NCBI GenBank assembly: GCA_025457615.1
Contig: JALOTZ010000005.1
Location: 10,216-74,215, forward strand
DNA from: Verrucomicrobiota bacterium
GTDB taxonomy: Bacteria > Verrucomicrobiota > Verrucomicrobiia > Limisphaerales > DSYF01
Reading direction: 5' to 3'
DNA: 64,000 bases
In this document: positions 27,335-37,686 of the stretch, in pieces
How the letters are laid out: each line of letters begins with the position of its first letter
Numbering within the stretch: position 1 is the first letter of the stretch
The notes under the pieces: generated by a model
Told to the model about the DNA's origin: nothing
Seen by the model: only the letters and a program-made list of their open reading frames with translations
Databases searched by the model: none
Translations under genes and position numbers: made by a program

Positions 27335-28944
27335 CCGCTCCCAGCCAACGCCTCTCGACCGGGGTTGACCGGCGCGCCCCGGCGTGGCTGTGCTTCCTGC
27401 TGCCACTGGCGCTGGCTTGGCTGGCGATCACCGGGCGCAGCTTCTGGATCGACGAATGCGTGACGGCCGAGTATGTGTCGCAACTCACCCTTTCCGAGTG
27501 GCGTCACGATCTCCTGGCCACGGACTACGCAGAGGCGCAGACACCGTTTTATCTGCTTTACCTGTGGGGCTGGGAGAAACTGTTCGGGCAGGGGGAGTGG
27601 TCCCTGCGCGTGGCGGCTCTGCCGTGGTTTGTGGTGGGCGTGGGATTGTTCCTGACGGCGCTGCGGCCGTGCGGCCGGTTGGGTTGGGCGGCCATGGCCG
27701 TGACGATCAGCAGTGCATTCGTCTGGTATTATCTCAACGAAGCGCGTCTCTATTCCATGCAGTTGGGAACGGCTTGCGCCGTGGTGGCGTGCTTGGTCCA
27801 ACTGGCACGCATGGAGGCCCTGAACCGGGCGATGAGGCAAAAGCCTCAGGATTCCACGTCGGTCCCGGGCATCGGGGTCGAGCCCGAGGGCGAAGGACAA
27901 GCGCGAAGGGACCCCCTCCCCAGGGAGCGCCGGAAGCGGTGGTGGTTCCGCGCTTTTCTGTTCGGCACGCTGGTGCTCAGCGGGATCAGCATCATCGGAA
28001 TGTTATGGGCAGGAGCAGCCGTGCTTGCGTTCGGAGTGATCTTTTCCGCCGCGGGCGCCTGGACGCGGATCAAGTCCTGCACGGCAACGATTCTTCTCTG
28101 GTCGGTGGGAATGTCTTGGCTCGCGGGATATTACCTCTCGACGGTGCTGCGCGGCGCGCGGGCTTCGAGCCTGGCCACCACGACCCCGCAAACGGTGGTG
28201 TTTGTCGGCTACGAGTTGCTGGGATTCACCGGCCTGGGGCCCGGGCGGGACGCGTTGCGTGAACAGGGAGTCCGGGCCCTGGCAACACACCTGCCGCTGC
28301 TGACGCTGTTCGGTTTGCTGTTGGGGATCGTGCTGGCCGCGGGGTTTGCCGCGATCTGGCGGTCGGACTGGAGAAAGCGGGCGGTCGGGATTGGCGCCTG
28401 CGTTTCGCTGCCTGCCCTGTTCCTGCTCGCCACGGGTGTCCTGCGCCATTTCCGGGTGCTGGGCCGTCATTGCACCCCGTTGCTGGTGGTTGTTCTGCTG
28501 GTGCTGGCGATGGGCATGGCGTGGTTGTGGCGCCGCGGACGTTGGGGCCGGATTACCGCCGCCCTCTACCTGGCGCTGGCCCTGCTCTCCGCAATCCAGG
28601 TGCGTTGGGCCACCCGGCATCGGAAGGACGATTATCGCGCGGCGGCCGCCTTCAGCCGGAGCGCGCTGGCCGCGGGGCAGAGCGTCTGGTGGGCTGCCGC
28701 GCCGCAAGGGGCCGCCTACTATGGACTACCCCTGACGGATGATCCTCAGGAGGCTGGATCTGCCTACGCCATCTTTGGCCAGTCGGCGGAGGCTTTGGCA
28801 AACATGGATCCCCCTGATCTGGTGGTTGGATCGCGGCCGGATATTTATGATTACCGGGGCGGATTGGCTGACCAACTGAGCCGAGGCGGGTTCTCGGTGT
28901 CCACCAACTTCTCAGGGTTCAAGGTCTGGACGCGCACGCCGTGA
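27331..28944 (+). CDS. polytopic membrane glycosyltransferase, GT39/GT83 (PMT/ArnT-like)
   Basis: More than 10 predicted TM helices, with an acidic WIDE motif in the first periplasmic loop. The GTG start overlaps the upstream stop (GTGA). Confidence 0.65.
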   Translation: MTAPSQRLSTGVDRRAPAWLCFLLPLALAWLAITGRSFWIDECVTAEYVSQLTLSEWRHDLLATDYAEAQTPFYLLYLWGWEKLFGQGEWSLRVAALPWFVVGVGLFLTALRPCGRLGWAAMAVTISSAFVWYYLNEARLYSMQLGTACAVVACLVQLARMEALNRAMRQKPQDSTSVPGIGVEPEGEGQARRDPLPRERRKRWWFRAFLFGTLVLSGISIIGMLWAGAAVLAFGVIFSAAGAWTRIKSCTATILLWSVGMSWLAGYYLSTVLRGARASSLATTTPQTVVFVGYELLGFTGLGPGRDALREQGVRALATHLPLLTLFGLLLGIVLAAGFAAIWRSDWRKRAVGIGACVSLPALFLLATGVLRHFRVLGRHCTPLLVVVLLVLAMGMAWLWRRGRWGRITAALYLALALLSAIQVRWATRHRKDDYRAAAAFSRSALAAGQSVWWAAAPQGAAYYGLPLTDDPQEAGSAYAIFGQSAEALANMDPPDLVVGSRPDIYDYRGGLADQLSRGGFSVSTNFSGFKVWTRTP

Positions 28945-29028
28945 GCGTTTCGCCGGGCTGCATTTGCATTGCCGTGCGGTTCATGCTGCGGTATAAGCTC
29001 GGCCGCAAACGAGAGTTTGTTGCGACTG

Positions 29029-30813
29029 ATGCAGGCTGAAATCACCAGAGACGGCATTGTGGAAGCGTTTGCCTCGGAATTCCGGGCGCGCTGGGGGGAA
29101 CTGCCGAACAAGGGGCTGTTCCTGGGCTTGCTGGCCGCCTGGCTGTTGCTCTTCAGCTTCCTGGGGGTGTCCACGCTGGGCTATTTGTACACGCCCTCGC
29201 TGCCGCAGTGGATGCTGCGCATCTACCTGCTGCCCAGCTCGGATGAGGTGCATGGCGTGCTCATTCCGTTCCTGGTGCTGGGATTGCTCTGGTGGAAGCG
29301 AAAGCAGTTGCTGGCGATCCCGCCTCGGGCCTGGTGGCCAGCGCTGCTGGGCCTGGCCCTGGCCGCGTTGCTGCACATCGCCGGCTACCTTGTGCAGCAG
29401 GCCCGCGTGTCCATCGTGGCCATGTTTGCAGGCATCTACTGCCTGATCGGGCTGGCTTGGGGACCGCGCTGGATGATCCGGAGCTTCTTTCCGTTTGTGC
29501 TCTTCGTGTTCTGCATCCCGCTCAGCACGCTGCCGTTTTTCAATGACCGGATCACCTTTCCGCTGCGCCTGCTTTCGGCCGGGATCGTGGAATCCATCGC
29601 CCATCTGGGGTTGGCCCCCGGCCTGCTCCGGGAGGGCACTCAACTCTATTACCAAAGCGAAGCCCATCGGTGGAACGTGGACATCGCCCCGGCCTGCTCC
29701 GGGATTCGCGGACTGACAGCCCTTTCCCTGATGACGATCACCTATGGCATGATGGTGTTTCGCGAGCCCTGGAAGCGACTGGTGATGATTCTCTCCGCGA
29801 TCCCCTTGGCGGTGTTGAACAACGTGTTGCGCATCAGCTTTGCTGTCCTGGTGGGACGCTTCTACGGGGAGGAATCCCTCAAGGCGGTCGAGCAAAAGGC
29901 CGGGTTCTACACGTTCCTCTTCATCGCCATCCCCCTGGTCCTGGGCATGGGCTGGCTGCTGGGCGACCGCTGGCGCGGCCGTCCCGCAGAGACGTCCACT
30001 CCGTCGGGAGCTCCGGACCCACTCACCATCGCCCGACCAGAAGGGGTCCGGTGGACAAGGCTGGCGACACTCTTTGTGGCGGGCGCCCTCCTCATGGGGG
30101 GCACGGCCTTCCTGTTGGACTGGCTGCGCGATCACCAGCGACTGGGGAATCCCGGCGTCAGAACCAGCCGGCTTCCCGATGCCCCCGCGGACAGCCTCAG
30201 GGTGAAGGTGGAGTTACCGCAGTGGGTGAGCCAGTATGATTCCGAGGAGCAGGAGACGGACCCCATCGTGATGGGCGCGCTTCCCGCCGACACGAGTTTT
30301 GGCCAGCGTATCTACAAGGCGCCGGACGGGTTGCAGATCCAGGTTTCCGCGGTGTTGATGGGCACAGATCGCACCAGCATTCACAAGCCGCAGTTCTGCC
30401 TGGTGGGACAGGGGTGGCAGATCGACAAGGAGGAGCCTGCCTCCGTGCCGGTGCCCGAGCCCAGTCCGTACGAACTGCCCGTCACCCGGATCATCGCATC
30501 CCGGATGATCGAGCATGAAGGGCAATCCATCCGGCTAAGCGGGGTTTACGTTTATTGGTTTGTGGAGGAACACGAGATCACCGCCCGTCACGAGGACCGG
30601 ATGCTCTCGATGGCCCGAAGCATGGTCACCCGGGGGGTGCTGCAGCGTTGGGCTTACATTTCCTGCTTCGTGCAGTGCCTGCCCGGCCAGGAGGAATGGG
30701 CTTTCGAGCGGGTCAAGCGGTTCATGGCCAGGGGCGTCCCCAAGTTTCAGATCCCCAGCGGCAACCCGGCCGTCGTTCGGGCGGCACCCAAACCCGTCGA
30801 ATCGGGCCGTTGA
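29029..30813 (+). CDS. exosortase fused to an EpsI-family C-terminal domain
   Basis: Exosortase signature IAPACSGIR and downstream NNVLRI, within a polytopic membrane domain. The C-terminal ~200 aa are EpsI-like (HKPQFCLVGQGW). The ORF opens at 28969; start placed at MQAEITRDG. Confidence 0.8.
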   Translation: MQAEITRDGIVEAFASEFRARWGELPNKGLFLGLLAAWLLLFSFLGVSTLGYLYTPSLPQWMLRIYLLPSSDEVHGVLIPFLVLGLLWWKRKQLLAIPPRAWWPALLGLALAALLHIAGYLVQQARVSIVAMFAGIYCLIGLAWGPRWMIRSFFPFVLFVFCIPLSTLPFFNDRITFPLRLLSAGIVESIAHLGLAPGLLREGTQLYYQSEAHRWNVDIAPACSGIRGLTALSLMTITYGMMVFREPWKRLVMILSAIPLAVLNNVLRISFAVLVGRFYGEESLKAVEQKAGFYTFLFIAIPLVLGMGWLLGDRWRGRPAETSTPSGAPDPLTIARPEGVRWTRLATLFVAGALLMGGTAFLLDWLRDHQRLGNPGVRTSRLPDAPADSLRVKVELPQWVSQYDSEEQETDPIVMGALPADTSFGQRIYKAPDGLQIQVSAVLMGTDRTSIHKPQFCLVGQGWQIDKEEPASVPVPEPSPYELPVTRIIASRMIEHEGQSIRLSGVYVYWFVEEHEITARHEDRMLSMARSMVTRGVLQRWAYISCFVQCLPGQEEWAFERVKRFMARGVPKFQIPSGNPAVVRAAPKPVESGR

Positions 30814-30817
30814 TCCC

Positions 30818-32209
30818 ATGGCCACCCCTCAACAACAGATTCGGCTGCAGATCCATCAGTTGTTGGATGCGTGTTTGTTCGCCTTCACGTTCTGGTTGGC
30901 AGTGGAGTTGCGCCAGGCGCAGTGGGTGATTGACGCGCTTCACCTGGTGGCGCCGCCGCCGGAGGGCACGATCTTCTGGTATTACCTGGTCCTCATCCCC
31001 ATGGCGCCGCTGGTGCTGGAATGGCAGGGCTACTACAGCCTGCCGCTGCTGGAGAATCGCTGGACCAAGTGGTGGGTGATCGTGCGCAGTTGCGCGATTG
31101 TCACCGGCGCGCTGGTCCTGCTGTCGTTCTTCTTCCAGTTCGTCTTTGCGCGGCTGGTGGTCATCTGGTTCGGGGCGATCACCTTCATGGTGTTGGTCCT
31201 CAAGGACGAGGTGATGCGGCTGACCTTGGGGAACGCGTTCATGGCCAGCCATTACGGCCGCCGGATCCTGTTGTTGGGCGCGCCCGCGGAGATCGGGCAG
31301 TTGCAGCAGCAGGTCCACAGTCTGCCACTGGAAAGCATCCGGGCCGTGGATTCCTGCAATGTCCTGGACACGCCCATCGACAAGCTGGTGGATTGTCTCC
31401 ACCAATACTCGACCAACGTGGTGATCCTGAGCGGACGCCACCTGCCTTTTGACAAGGTGGAGGAAGCCATCCGCGCGTGCGAACTCGAGGGGGTGGAAGT
31501 GTGGTTGATGGCCGACTTCATCCGCACGGAGATCTCGCGCACCTCCTTCGCCATGCTGGCGGGCCGGCCACTGCTCGTCTTCCGGGCGGCACCGGAGGCG
31601 TCCTGGCAGAGTTTGGTCAAGTACCTGATTGATTTTGTGGGGACGGTGGGGCTGCTGTCGCTGCTGGCCCTGCCCATGGTGATCATCGCGCTGGGAATCC
31701 GTTACACCTCCCCCGGTCCGGTCCTGTTCCGGCAGAAGCGCGCCGGACTCAACGGGCGGCCGTTCACCATGCTCAAGTTCCGCACCATGGTGACCAATGC
31801 CGAACAGCTGAAACAGGAACTCGAAGCCCTGAACGAGATGAGCGGACCGGTGTTCAAAGTGACCAACGACCCGCGCGTCACCCCGGTCGGACGCTTCCTG
31901 CGCAAGTACAGCCTGGATGAACTGCCCCAACTGCTCAACGTCCTCGTGGGCGACATGAGCCTGGTCGGACCGCGTCCGCTCCCGGTGGACGAGGTGGCGC
32001 GCTTCGATGACGTGGCGCATCGGCGGCGCCTGAGTGTTCGGCCCGGCCTGACCTGCTTGTGGCAGGTGAGCGGGCGCAGCGATGTGAAGGACTTTGCCGA
32101 GTGGGTCCGGCTGGATCTGCAGTATATCGACAACTGGTCGCTCTGGCTGGACTTCAACATCCTCTTGCGCACCATCCCCGCCGTGCTCAGCGGCTCGGGG
32201 GCGAAATGA
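30818..32209 (+). CDS. polyprenyl glycosylphosphotransferase (WcaJ/EpsB-type priming sugar transferase)
   Basis: N-terminal TM block and a C-terminal bacterial sugar transferase domain ([21 protein letters not shown]...[21 protein letters not shown]). Confidence 0.9.
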   Translation: MATPQQQIRLQIHQLLDACLFAFTFWLAVELRQAQWVIDALHLVAPPPEGTIFWYYLVLIPMAPLVLEWQGYYSLPLLENRWTKWWVIVRSCAIVTGALVLLSFFFQFVFARLVVIWFGAITFMVLVLKDEVMRLTLGNAFMASHYGRRILLLGAPAEIGQLQQQVHSLPLESIRAVDSCNVLDTPIDKLVDCLHQYSTNVVILSGRHLPFDKVEEAIRACELEGVEVWLMADFIRTEISRTSFAMLAGRPLLVFRAAPEASWQSLVKYLIDFVGTVGLLSLLALPMVIIALGIRYTSPGPVLFRQKRAGLNGRPFTMLKFRTMVTNAEQLKQELEALNEMSGPVFKVTNDPRVTPVGRFLRKYSLDELPQLLNVLVGDMSLVGPRPLPVDEVARFDDVAHRRRLSVRPGLTCLWQVSGRSDVKDFAEWVRLDLQYIDNWSLWLDFNILLRTIPAVLSGSGAK

Positions 32210-32311
32210 AGGAAGCGGGCGCGCAGGGGAAGTTCACAACCCGGAGCGGGGAGTGCGGAACATCGGATTCGAGCATCGAACCTTTGAGGCGGTGCAGGAC
32301 CACAAGGATTT

Positions 32312-33289
32312 ATGCGCATGAAAACAACTGGCAAGGCAAAGAAGATAACGCAGGCCACGCCCGTGTCCGTCATCACGGGCGCGGCCGGATTCCTGGGATC
32401 GCACCTGACGGACCTGCTGCTGAAACGCGGACACAAGGTCATCGGGATTGACAACCTGGTCACCGGATCGGTGGACAACATCGCGCACCTGGCCGGCAAC
32501 CGGAACCTCCGGTTCATCGAACAGGATGTGACCGAGTTTCTGTTCATCGACAGTCCGGTCGATTACGTCTGGCACTTCGCGTCCCCCGCCAGTCCGATTG
32601 ATTATCTCGAGTTGCCCATCCAGACGCTCAAGGTGGGCTCCCTGGGTACACACAAGGCGCTGGGCCTGGCCAAGTCCAAAGGAGCGCGCTTCCTGCTGGC
32701 CTCCACCTCCGAGATCTACGGGGATCCGTTGATCCATCCGCAGCCCGAGGAATACTGGGGCAATGTCAACACGGTGGGACCGCGGGGCTGTTACGACGAG
32801 GCCAAGCGCTTTGCGGAAGCCATCACCCTGGCGTATCACCGCGAGCACAAGGTCGAGACGCGCATCGTGCGCATTTTCAACACCTATGGCCCCCGCATGC
32901 GCCTCCATGACGGCCGGGTGGTTCCGGCGTTCATCAGCCAGGCTCTCAAGAACAAACCGCTCACCGTCTTCGGCAAGGGACAACAAACCCGCAGCTTCTG
33001 TTACGTGTCCGACCTCATCGAGGGCATCTACCGGCTCATGATGAGCGACTACAGCCTGCCGGTGAACATCGGCAACCCGCACGAGATGACCGTGCTGGAG
33101 TTCGCGCAGGAGATCATCCGGCTCACCGGCTCGCGCAGCCGCATCAGCTACCGCCCGCTCCCCCAGGACGATCCCAAGCAGCGCAAGCCGGACATCACCA
33201 AGGCCCGCAAGCTGCTCAAGTGGGCTCCTGTGGTGCCGCTGCGGCAGGGACTGACCCAAACCATCCGCTACTTCAAACCGAGGGTCTGA
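32312..33289 (+). CDS. uxs: UDP-glucuronate decarboxylase (UDP-xylose synthase)-like SDR
   Basis: [25 protein letters not shown] and [10 protein letters not shown] motifs. Confidence 0.85.
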   Translation: MRMKTTGKAKKITQATPVSVITGAAGFLGSHLTDLLLKRGHKVIGIDNLVTGSVDNIAHLAGNRNLRFIEQDVTEFLFIDSPVDYVWHFASPASPIDYLELPIQTLKVGSLGTHKALGLAKSKGARFLLASTSEIYGDPLIHPQPEEYWGNVNTVGPRGCYDEAKRFAEAITLAYHREHKVETRIVRIFNTYGPRMRLHDGRVVPAFISQALKNKPLTVFGKGQQTRSFCYVSDLIEGIYRLMMSDYSLPVNIGNPHEMTVLEFAQEIIRLTGSRSRISYRPLPQDDPKQRKPDITKARKLLKWAPVVPLRQGLTQTIRYFKPRV

Positions 33290-33368
33290 GCGGGGCTTGG
33301 GCGAGGGCAACCCGCAGGTGGCGGGCGCCGCGAAGCCCGCGGGTATCCCGGATTGACCGTTTCGCGGG

Positions 33369-35486
33369 CTAGCTGAACATGAGCTTGGTGGTGGGCGCCT
33401 GCTCGTCCCAGCCGCGCGTGGGTTGCGAGGTGATGGAGGACACGTCCTTGACCGAAACCTGGCGACCGCGGGTCTTGGCTCCCTTGACCTCGATCTCGGA
33501 CGGCTTGCAGGTCTGCTGGTTGATCTTCTGGTAGGCCGCCGGTTTGTAGCGAATATAGAGGATCTCCGGCGTGTCCGGCTCAAAGAACAGGACCCGGGAT
33601 TTCGGCGGGGCCAGGTTGTAAAGCTTGTTCAGGATGCATCCGCCAAAGGTGAACCGCTTCAGATAACTCGCCTGCCGGTTGGTGTAGGCCATCGTGAACA
33701 CCCGGTCCCGCTCGGGCAGGCCGCAGTGGAACAGTTCCGGCCCGACGAACAGTTTCTCCGGCAGTTCGGTCACCTTGTAGCTGCCATCCTTGAACACCAG
33801 CAGGATCTTGTCGAACTTCGTGCACTCGGTCTTGAACTCTTCGCCGCTGACCTTGTAGCCCACATAACCGCTCTCCCGGTCGTAAGCCACCTTGAACGCC
33901 TTGAACGCCACCTCCTTGACGTCGATCTCGTCATGCCGGCTGCTCCGGGTCAGGCGCGGATACTGGGGCCCGTATTTCTCGATCAACCCCTCAAGGTGCC
34001 CGATGGCGTACTTGACCAGGTTCTTGAGATGCTTGCGTGTCTCCGCCAGATCGGCCTGGATCTGTGCGGTCTCTTCCCGGTGCTTGTTGATGTCGAACAG
34101 CGAGATCCGGCGGATGCGCACCTGGAGCAGCCGCTCGACGTCCGGGTCGGCCAGCTCGCGCAGCAACTGTTTGCGGAACGGCTTGAACCCGTCATACACG
34201 GCGGCGAACACCGCCTCGTTGGTCTTGCACTTCTCGATGGCCTTGTAGAGGCGTTCCTCGATGAAGATCCGTTCGAGGGTGCGGAAGTGGAGTTCGTCCT
34301 GGAGCTGCTGCTGCTTGAGTTCCAGCTCGCGTTTGAGGGTGGCCACCAGTTGATCAGTGTTGGCGCGCAGGACCTCGCTCACCGTCATCTCGACGGGGCG
34401 ATGGTCCCGGATGACCACGATGCGGCTGGTGAGGGTCACCTCGCATTGCGTGAAGGCGTACAGCGCGTCCACCAGCTTGTCCGTGCTCACGCCCGACGGA
34501 CACTTGATCTCGATCTCAGCCTGCTCGGAGGTGAAATCGTTGATGGACTTCACCTTGAGCTTGCCCTTTTGCACGGCGTCCTCGATCGAGGCGATGAGGG
34601 ACTCGGTGGTGGTGCCGGGCGGGATCTCCTGGATAAGCACCGTCGAGTCATCCTTGACCTTGATCCGGGCCCGGACCCTGATCGTGCCCTGCCCGTCCCG
34701 GTAATCCCGCGCGTCCATCAGGCCGCCGGTGGGGAAATCGGGCAGCACCTTGAACGATTCCTTCCGGAGGATGGCGATCTGGGCCTTGAGCAGCTCGGGG
34801 AAATTGTGCGGCAAGATGCGGGCGCTCAATCCGACGGCGATGCCCTCGGCACCCAGCATCAGGGTGAGCGGCAGCTTGGACGGCAACGTGACGGGCTCCT
34901 GGTTGCGCCCGTCATAGCTGGGGACAAACTCCGTGATCTCGTTGTTGAACAGTTCCGTGCGGGCGAGTTCCGTGAGCCGGCACTCGATGTAGCGGGGCGC
35001 GGCGGCGGGGTCGCCGGTGTAGATGTTGCCGAAGTTCCCCTGCCCTTCGATCAAATACCGCTTGTTGGCCAGCACCACCAGCGCGTCACCGATCGAAGCG
35101 TCGCCGTGCGGATGATACTTCATCGTGTCCCCGACGATGTTGGCCACTTTGATGAACCGTCCGTCGTCGTTCTGGTGCAGGGACCACAGGATGCGGCGCT
35201 GCACCGGCTTGAGGCCGTCCGCCAGACTGGGGATGGCGCGGTCGCGGATCACGTAGGAGGCGTAATCGAGAAAGCCGCGGTCCACCCGCCGATGCAGCGG
35301 CAGCTCGACCTTCTTCGGATCAAACGGCTGATGGGTCACCGCGGCCACCGACTCGGCGTGGACATGCTCGGTCCCGTTCCCGTCGGGGGCGGCTTTGTCT
35401 GGCGCCGGCGGCGTGAGTGGCTGTCCCGGGTCCTGGATGGGCAGTTCAGGCTGGGTTGAATTTGCTTTTCGCTTCGCGGCGCACAT
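33369..35486 (-). CDS. parC: type IIA topoisomerase subunit A (ParC/GyrA-like)
   Basis: DGLKPVQRRILW, HPHGD and the catalytic-Tyr segment AAPRYIECRL. ATG at 35486 (TTG at 35498 also possible). Assignment as topo IV versus gyrase is not resolvable by eye. Confidence 0.85.
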   Translation of the reverse strand: MCAAKRKANSTQPELPIQDPGQPLTPPAPDKAAPDGNGTEHVHAESVAAVTHQPFDPKKVELPLHRRVDRGFLDYASYVIRDRAIPSLADGLKPVQRRILWSLHQNDDGRFIKVANIVGDTMKYHPHGDASIGDALVVLANKRYLIEGQGNFGNIYTGDPAAAPRYIECRLTELARTELFNNEITEFVPSYDGRNQEPVTLPSKLPLTLMLGAEGIAVGLSARILPHNFPELLKAQIAILRKESFKVLPDFPTGGLMDARDYRDGQGTIRVRARIKVKDDSTVLIQEIPPGTTTESLIASIEDAVQKGKLKVKSINDFTSEQAEIEIKCPSGVSTDKLVDALYAFTQCEVTLTSRIVVIRDHRPVEMTVSEVLRANTDQLVATLKRELELKQQQLQDELHFRTLERIFIEERLYKAIEKCKTNEAVFAAVYDGFKPFRKQLLRELADPDVERLLQVRIRRISLFDINKHREETAQIQADLAETRKHLKNLVKYAIGHLEGLIEKYGPQYPRLTRSSRHDEIDVKEVAFKAFKVAYDRESGYVGYKVSGEEFKTECTKFDKILLVFKDGSYKVTELPEKLFVGPELFHCGLPERDRVFTMAYTNRQASYLKRFTFGGCILNKLYNLAPPKSRVLFFEPDTPEILYIRYKPAAYQKINQQTCKPSEIEVKGAKTRGRQVSVKDVSSITSQPTRGWDEQAPTTKLMFS

Positions 35487-35543
35487 TCCGGCGCGCAATG
35501 AAGCCAGAAGGGCGGAACGCGGGCAAGCACCACCTGGAGTAAT

Positions 35544-37472
35544 TCACTCCTCCACTGGCACGACGAGGTGGTCCATGATGTAGTCCTTCCGCTCGGGCGT
35601 GTTTTTGCCCATGTAGAAGTCGAACATCGGCGCCGCCTCCGGCTTGGGCGCGTATTCCACGCGGCTGAGCCGCATGTCCGGGCCGATGAACTGGGCGAAT
35701 TCCTTGGGACTGATCTCGCCCAGGCCCTTGAAGCGGGTGATCTCGGGCCTTCGCCGCGCCGCCGGGAGCTGCACGGTTGAGTTCATCTTTGATTCGCTCG
35801 ATCCGGTTGCTTCGGATTCGGTATCAGCTTCGGCCTCGCAGGCGGGTTTGCCGCCCAACTCGACCACCGCCCGGTCGCGTTCGGCTTCGCTGTAGCAGTA
35901 GATCGTGCGCTGCTTGGTCCGCACGCGGAAGAGCGGGGTCTCGAGCACGTGCAGGTGTCCGTCATGCACCAGCCGCTCAAAGAACCGGAAGAAGTAGGTG
36001 ATCATCAGGTTGCGGATGTGCAGGCCGTCCACGTCCGCGTCGGTGGCCAGGATGACCTTCTCGTAGCGCAGGGCGTCCACGCTGTCCTCGATGGCCAGGC
36101 TCTGCATGAGGTTGTAAAGCTCGTCGTTCTTGTACATGACGTCCCGCTTGAGGTCCCAGACATTGAGCGGCTTGCCCTTGAGCACGAACACCGCCTGGTT
36201 GTTCACATCCCGGCAACTGGTGATCGAACCCGCCGCCGACTGCCCTTCGCAGATGAAGACCATAGTGCCGCGCCCCTTGCCCTTGGCCTTGTCGTAGTGG
36301 TGTTTGCAGTCCTTGAGCTGGGGGATGCGCAGGGTGATGGCCTTGGCGCGGTCCCGGGCCAGCTTCTTGACGGCCTGGAGCTCCTTGCGCAACTGCTGGG
36401 TGTCCTTGACCTTCTCGACGATTCGCTGGCCGATGTCCTTGTTCCGGTTGAAAAAGTGCAGCAGTTCCTCGCGCACCTGGTTGACCAGGTCGGTGCGGAT
36501 CTCGGTGTTGCCCAGCTTGTTCTTGGTCTGCGACTCGAACAGCGGGTCCTTGAGGCGGATGGCCACGGCGCCCACCATGGCCTCGCGCACGTCGTCCCCG
36601 TCGAACTTGTTGTTGGAATACTCGTTGACCGCCTTGAGCAGGCCCTCGCGGAACGCGCTTAGGTGCGTGCCGCCGTCGCTGGTGTACTGGCCGTTGACGA
36701 ACGAATAGAACGTCTCGCCGTAGCGGCTGTTGCTGTGCGTGAAGCAGAACTCGAGGGTCTTGCTGGTGTAGTGCAGCGGCGGGTACAGCGGCTCGCTGCC
36801 ATCCGCCGCCAGGTCCTCCATCACCAGGTCCATCAGGCCCAGGCGCGACTGGAACGCCTTGCCGTTGTACACCAGCTTCAGCCCGGTGTTCAGGTAACTG
36901 TAATGCCGCAGCCGGTGCTCGACGTGCTCGGGCCGGAACTCGACTTCGGTGAAGATGCTCGAATCCGGCTGGAACTCGACATACGTGCCATCGGGTTCGC
37001 TGGTCTTGCCCTTGTTCTCCTTCTTGAGCTTGCCGCGCTTGAACTGGGCCTCGACGAATTCGCCGTCGCGATGGCTGCGCACCAGGAAGGCGTCCGACAA
37101 CGCGTTCACCGCCTTGGTGCCCACGCCGTTCAGCCCGACGCTGAACTGGAACACGTCGTCGTTGTACTTGGCGCCGGTGTTGATGGTCGAGACGCACTCC
37201 ACCACCTTGCCCAGCGGGATGCCACGCCCGAAGTCGCGCACCCCGACGCGGGTGCCCTCGATCGAGATCTGCACCTCGCGCCCGTGGCCCATGATGAACT
37301 CGTCGATGGCGTTGTCGATGACCTCCTTGAGCAGGATGTAGCAGCCATCGTCGTAATGCGCCCCGGTGCCGATGCGCCCGATGTACATGCCGGTCCGCAG
37401 CCGGATGTGCTCCAGCGAGGACAGCGTCTTGATCTTGCTTTCGTCGTAATTGTGCTTGGGTTGGGCGGCCAT
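35544..37472 (-). CDS. parE: type IIA topoisomerase subunit B (ParE/GyrB-like)
   Basis: Start placed at MAAQPKHNYDES. GHKL ATPase motifs (EVIDNAIDE, GLNGVG) and Toprim motifs (CEGQSAAGS, ILATDADVDGLHI). Confidence 0.88.
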   Translation of the reverse strand: MAAQPKHNYDESKIKTLSSLEHIRLRTGMYIGRIGTGAHYDDGCYILLKEVIDNAIDEFIMGHGREVQISIEGTRVGVRDFGRGIPLGKVVECVSTINTGAKYNDDVFQFSVGLNGVGTKAVNALSDAFLVRSHRDGEFVEAQFKRGKLKKENKGKTSEPDGTYVEFQPDSSIFTEVEFRPEHVEHRLRHYSYLNTGLKLVYNGKAFQSRLGLMDLVMEDLAADGSEPLYPPLHYTSKTLEFCFTHSNSRYGETFYSFVNGQYTSDGGTHLSAFREGLLKAVNEYSNNKFDGDDVREAMVGAVAIRLKDPLFESQTKNKLGNTEIRTDLVNQVREELLHFFNRNKDIGQRIVEKVKDTQQLRKELQAVKKLARDRAKAITLRIPQLKDCKHHYDKAKGKGRGTMVFICEGQSAAGSITSCRDVNNQAVFVLKGKPLNVWDLKRDVMYKNDELYNLMQSLAIEDSVDALRYEKVILATDADVDGLHIRNLMITYFFRFFERLVHDGHLHVLETPLFRVRTKQRTIYCYSEAERDRAVVELGGKPACEAEADTESEATGSSESKMNSTVQLPAARRRPEITRFKGLGEISPKEFAQFIGPDMRLSRVEYAPKPEAAPMFDFYMGKNTPERKDYIMDHLVVPVEE

Positions 37473-37544
37473 GCGTCGCCCCTGAACATGGAAGGAAGCC
37501 GGGCGGTTGAAAACAAAAAGTTGTGCCCGCGCTGCGCTCCATGA

Positions 37545-37574
37545 TTGACACCGGCGCGGGCGGCTTCCTACGTT
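37545..37574 (+). promoter_or_regulatory. sigma70-like promoter candidate upstream of purA
   Basis: TTGACA (37545-37550), an 18-nt spacer, then TACGTT (37569-37574). Confidence 0.4.
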
Positions 37575-37600
37575 CATCCGGCAAAGACCCCGGTGCTTTG

Positions 37601-37630
37601 CCCCGAATGATCCATTCGGGGATTTTTGTT
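37601..37630 (+). terminator. intrinsic terminator-like hairpin in the purA leader
   Basis: CCCCGAAT-gatcc-ATTCGGGG (8-bp stem) followed by ATTTTTGTT. It lies 57 nt upstream of the purA ATG. No + strand gene ends here. Confidence 0.5.
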
Positions 37631-37686
37631 GCAGCTTGCAGGAGTCGCGTGGGAAGACCCGCCGCGGACCCAGATTGGATACGACT

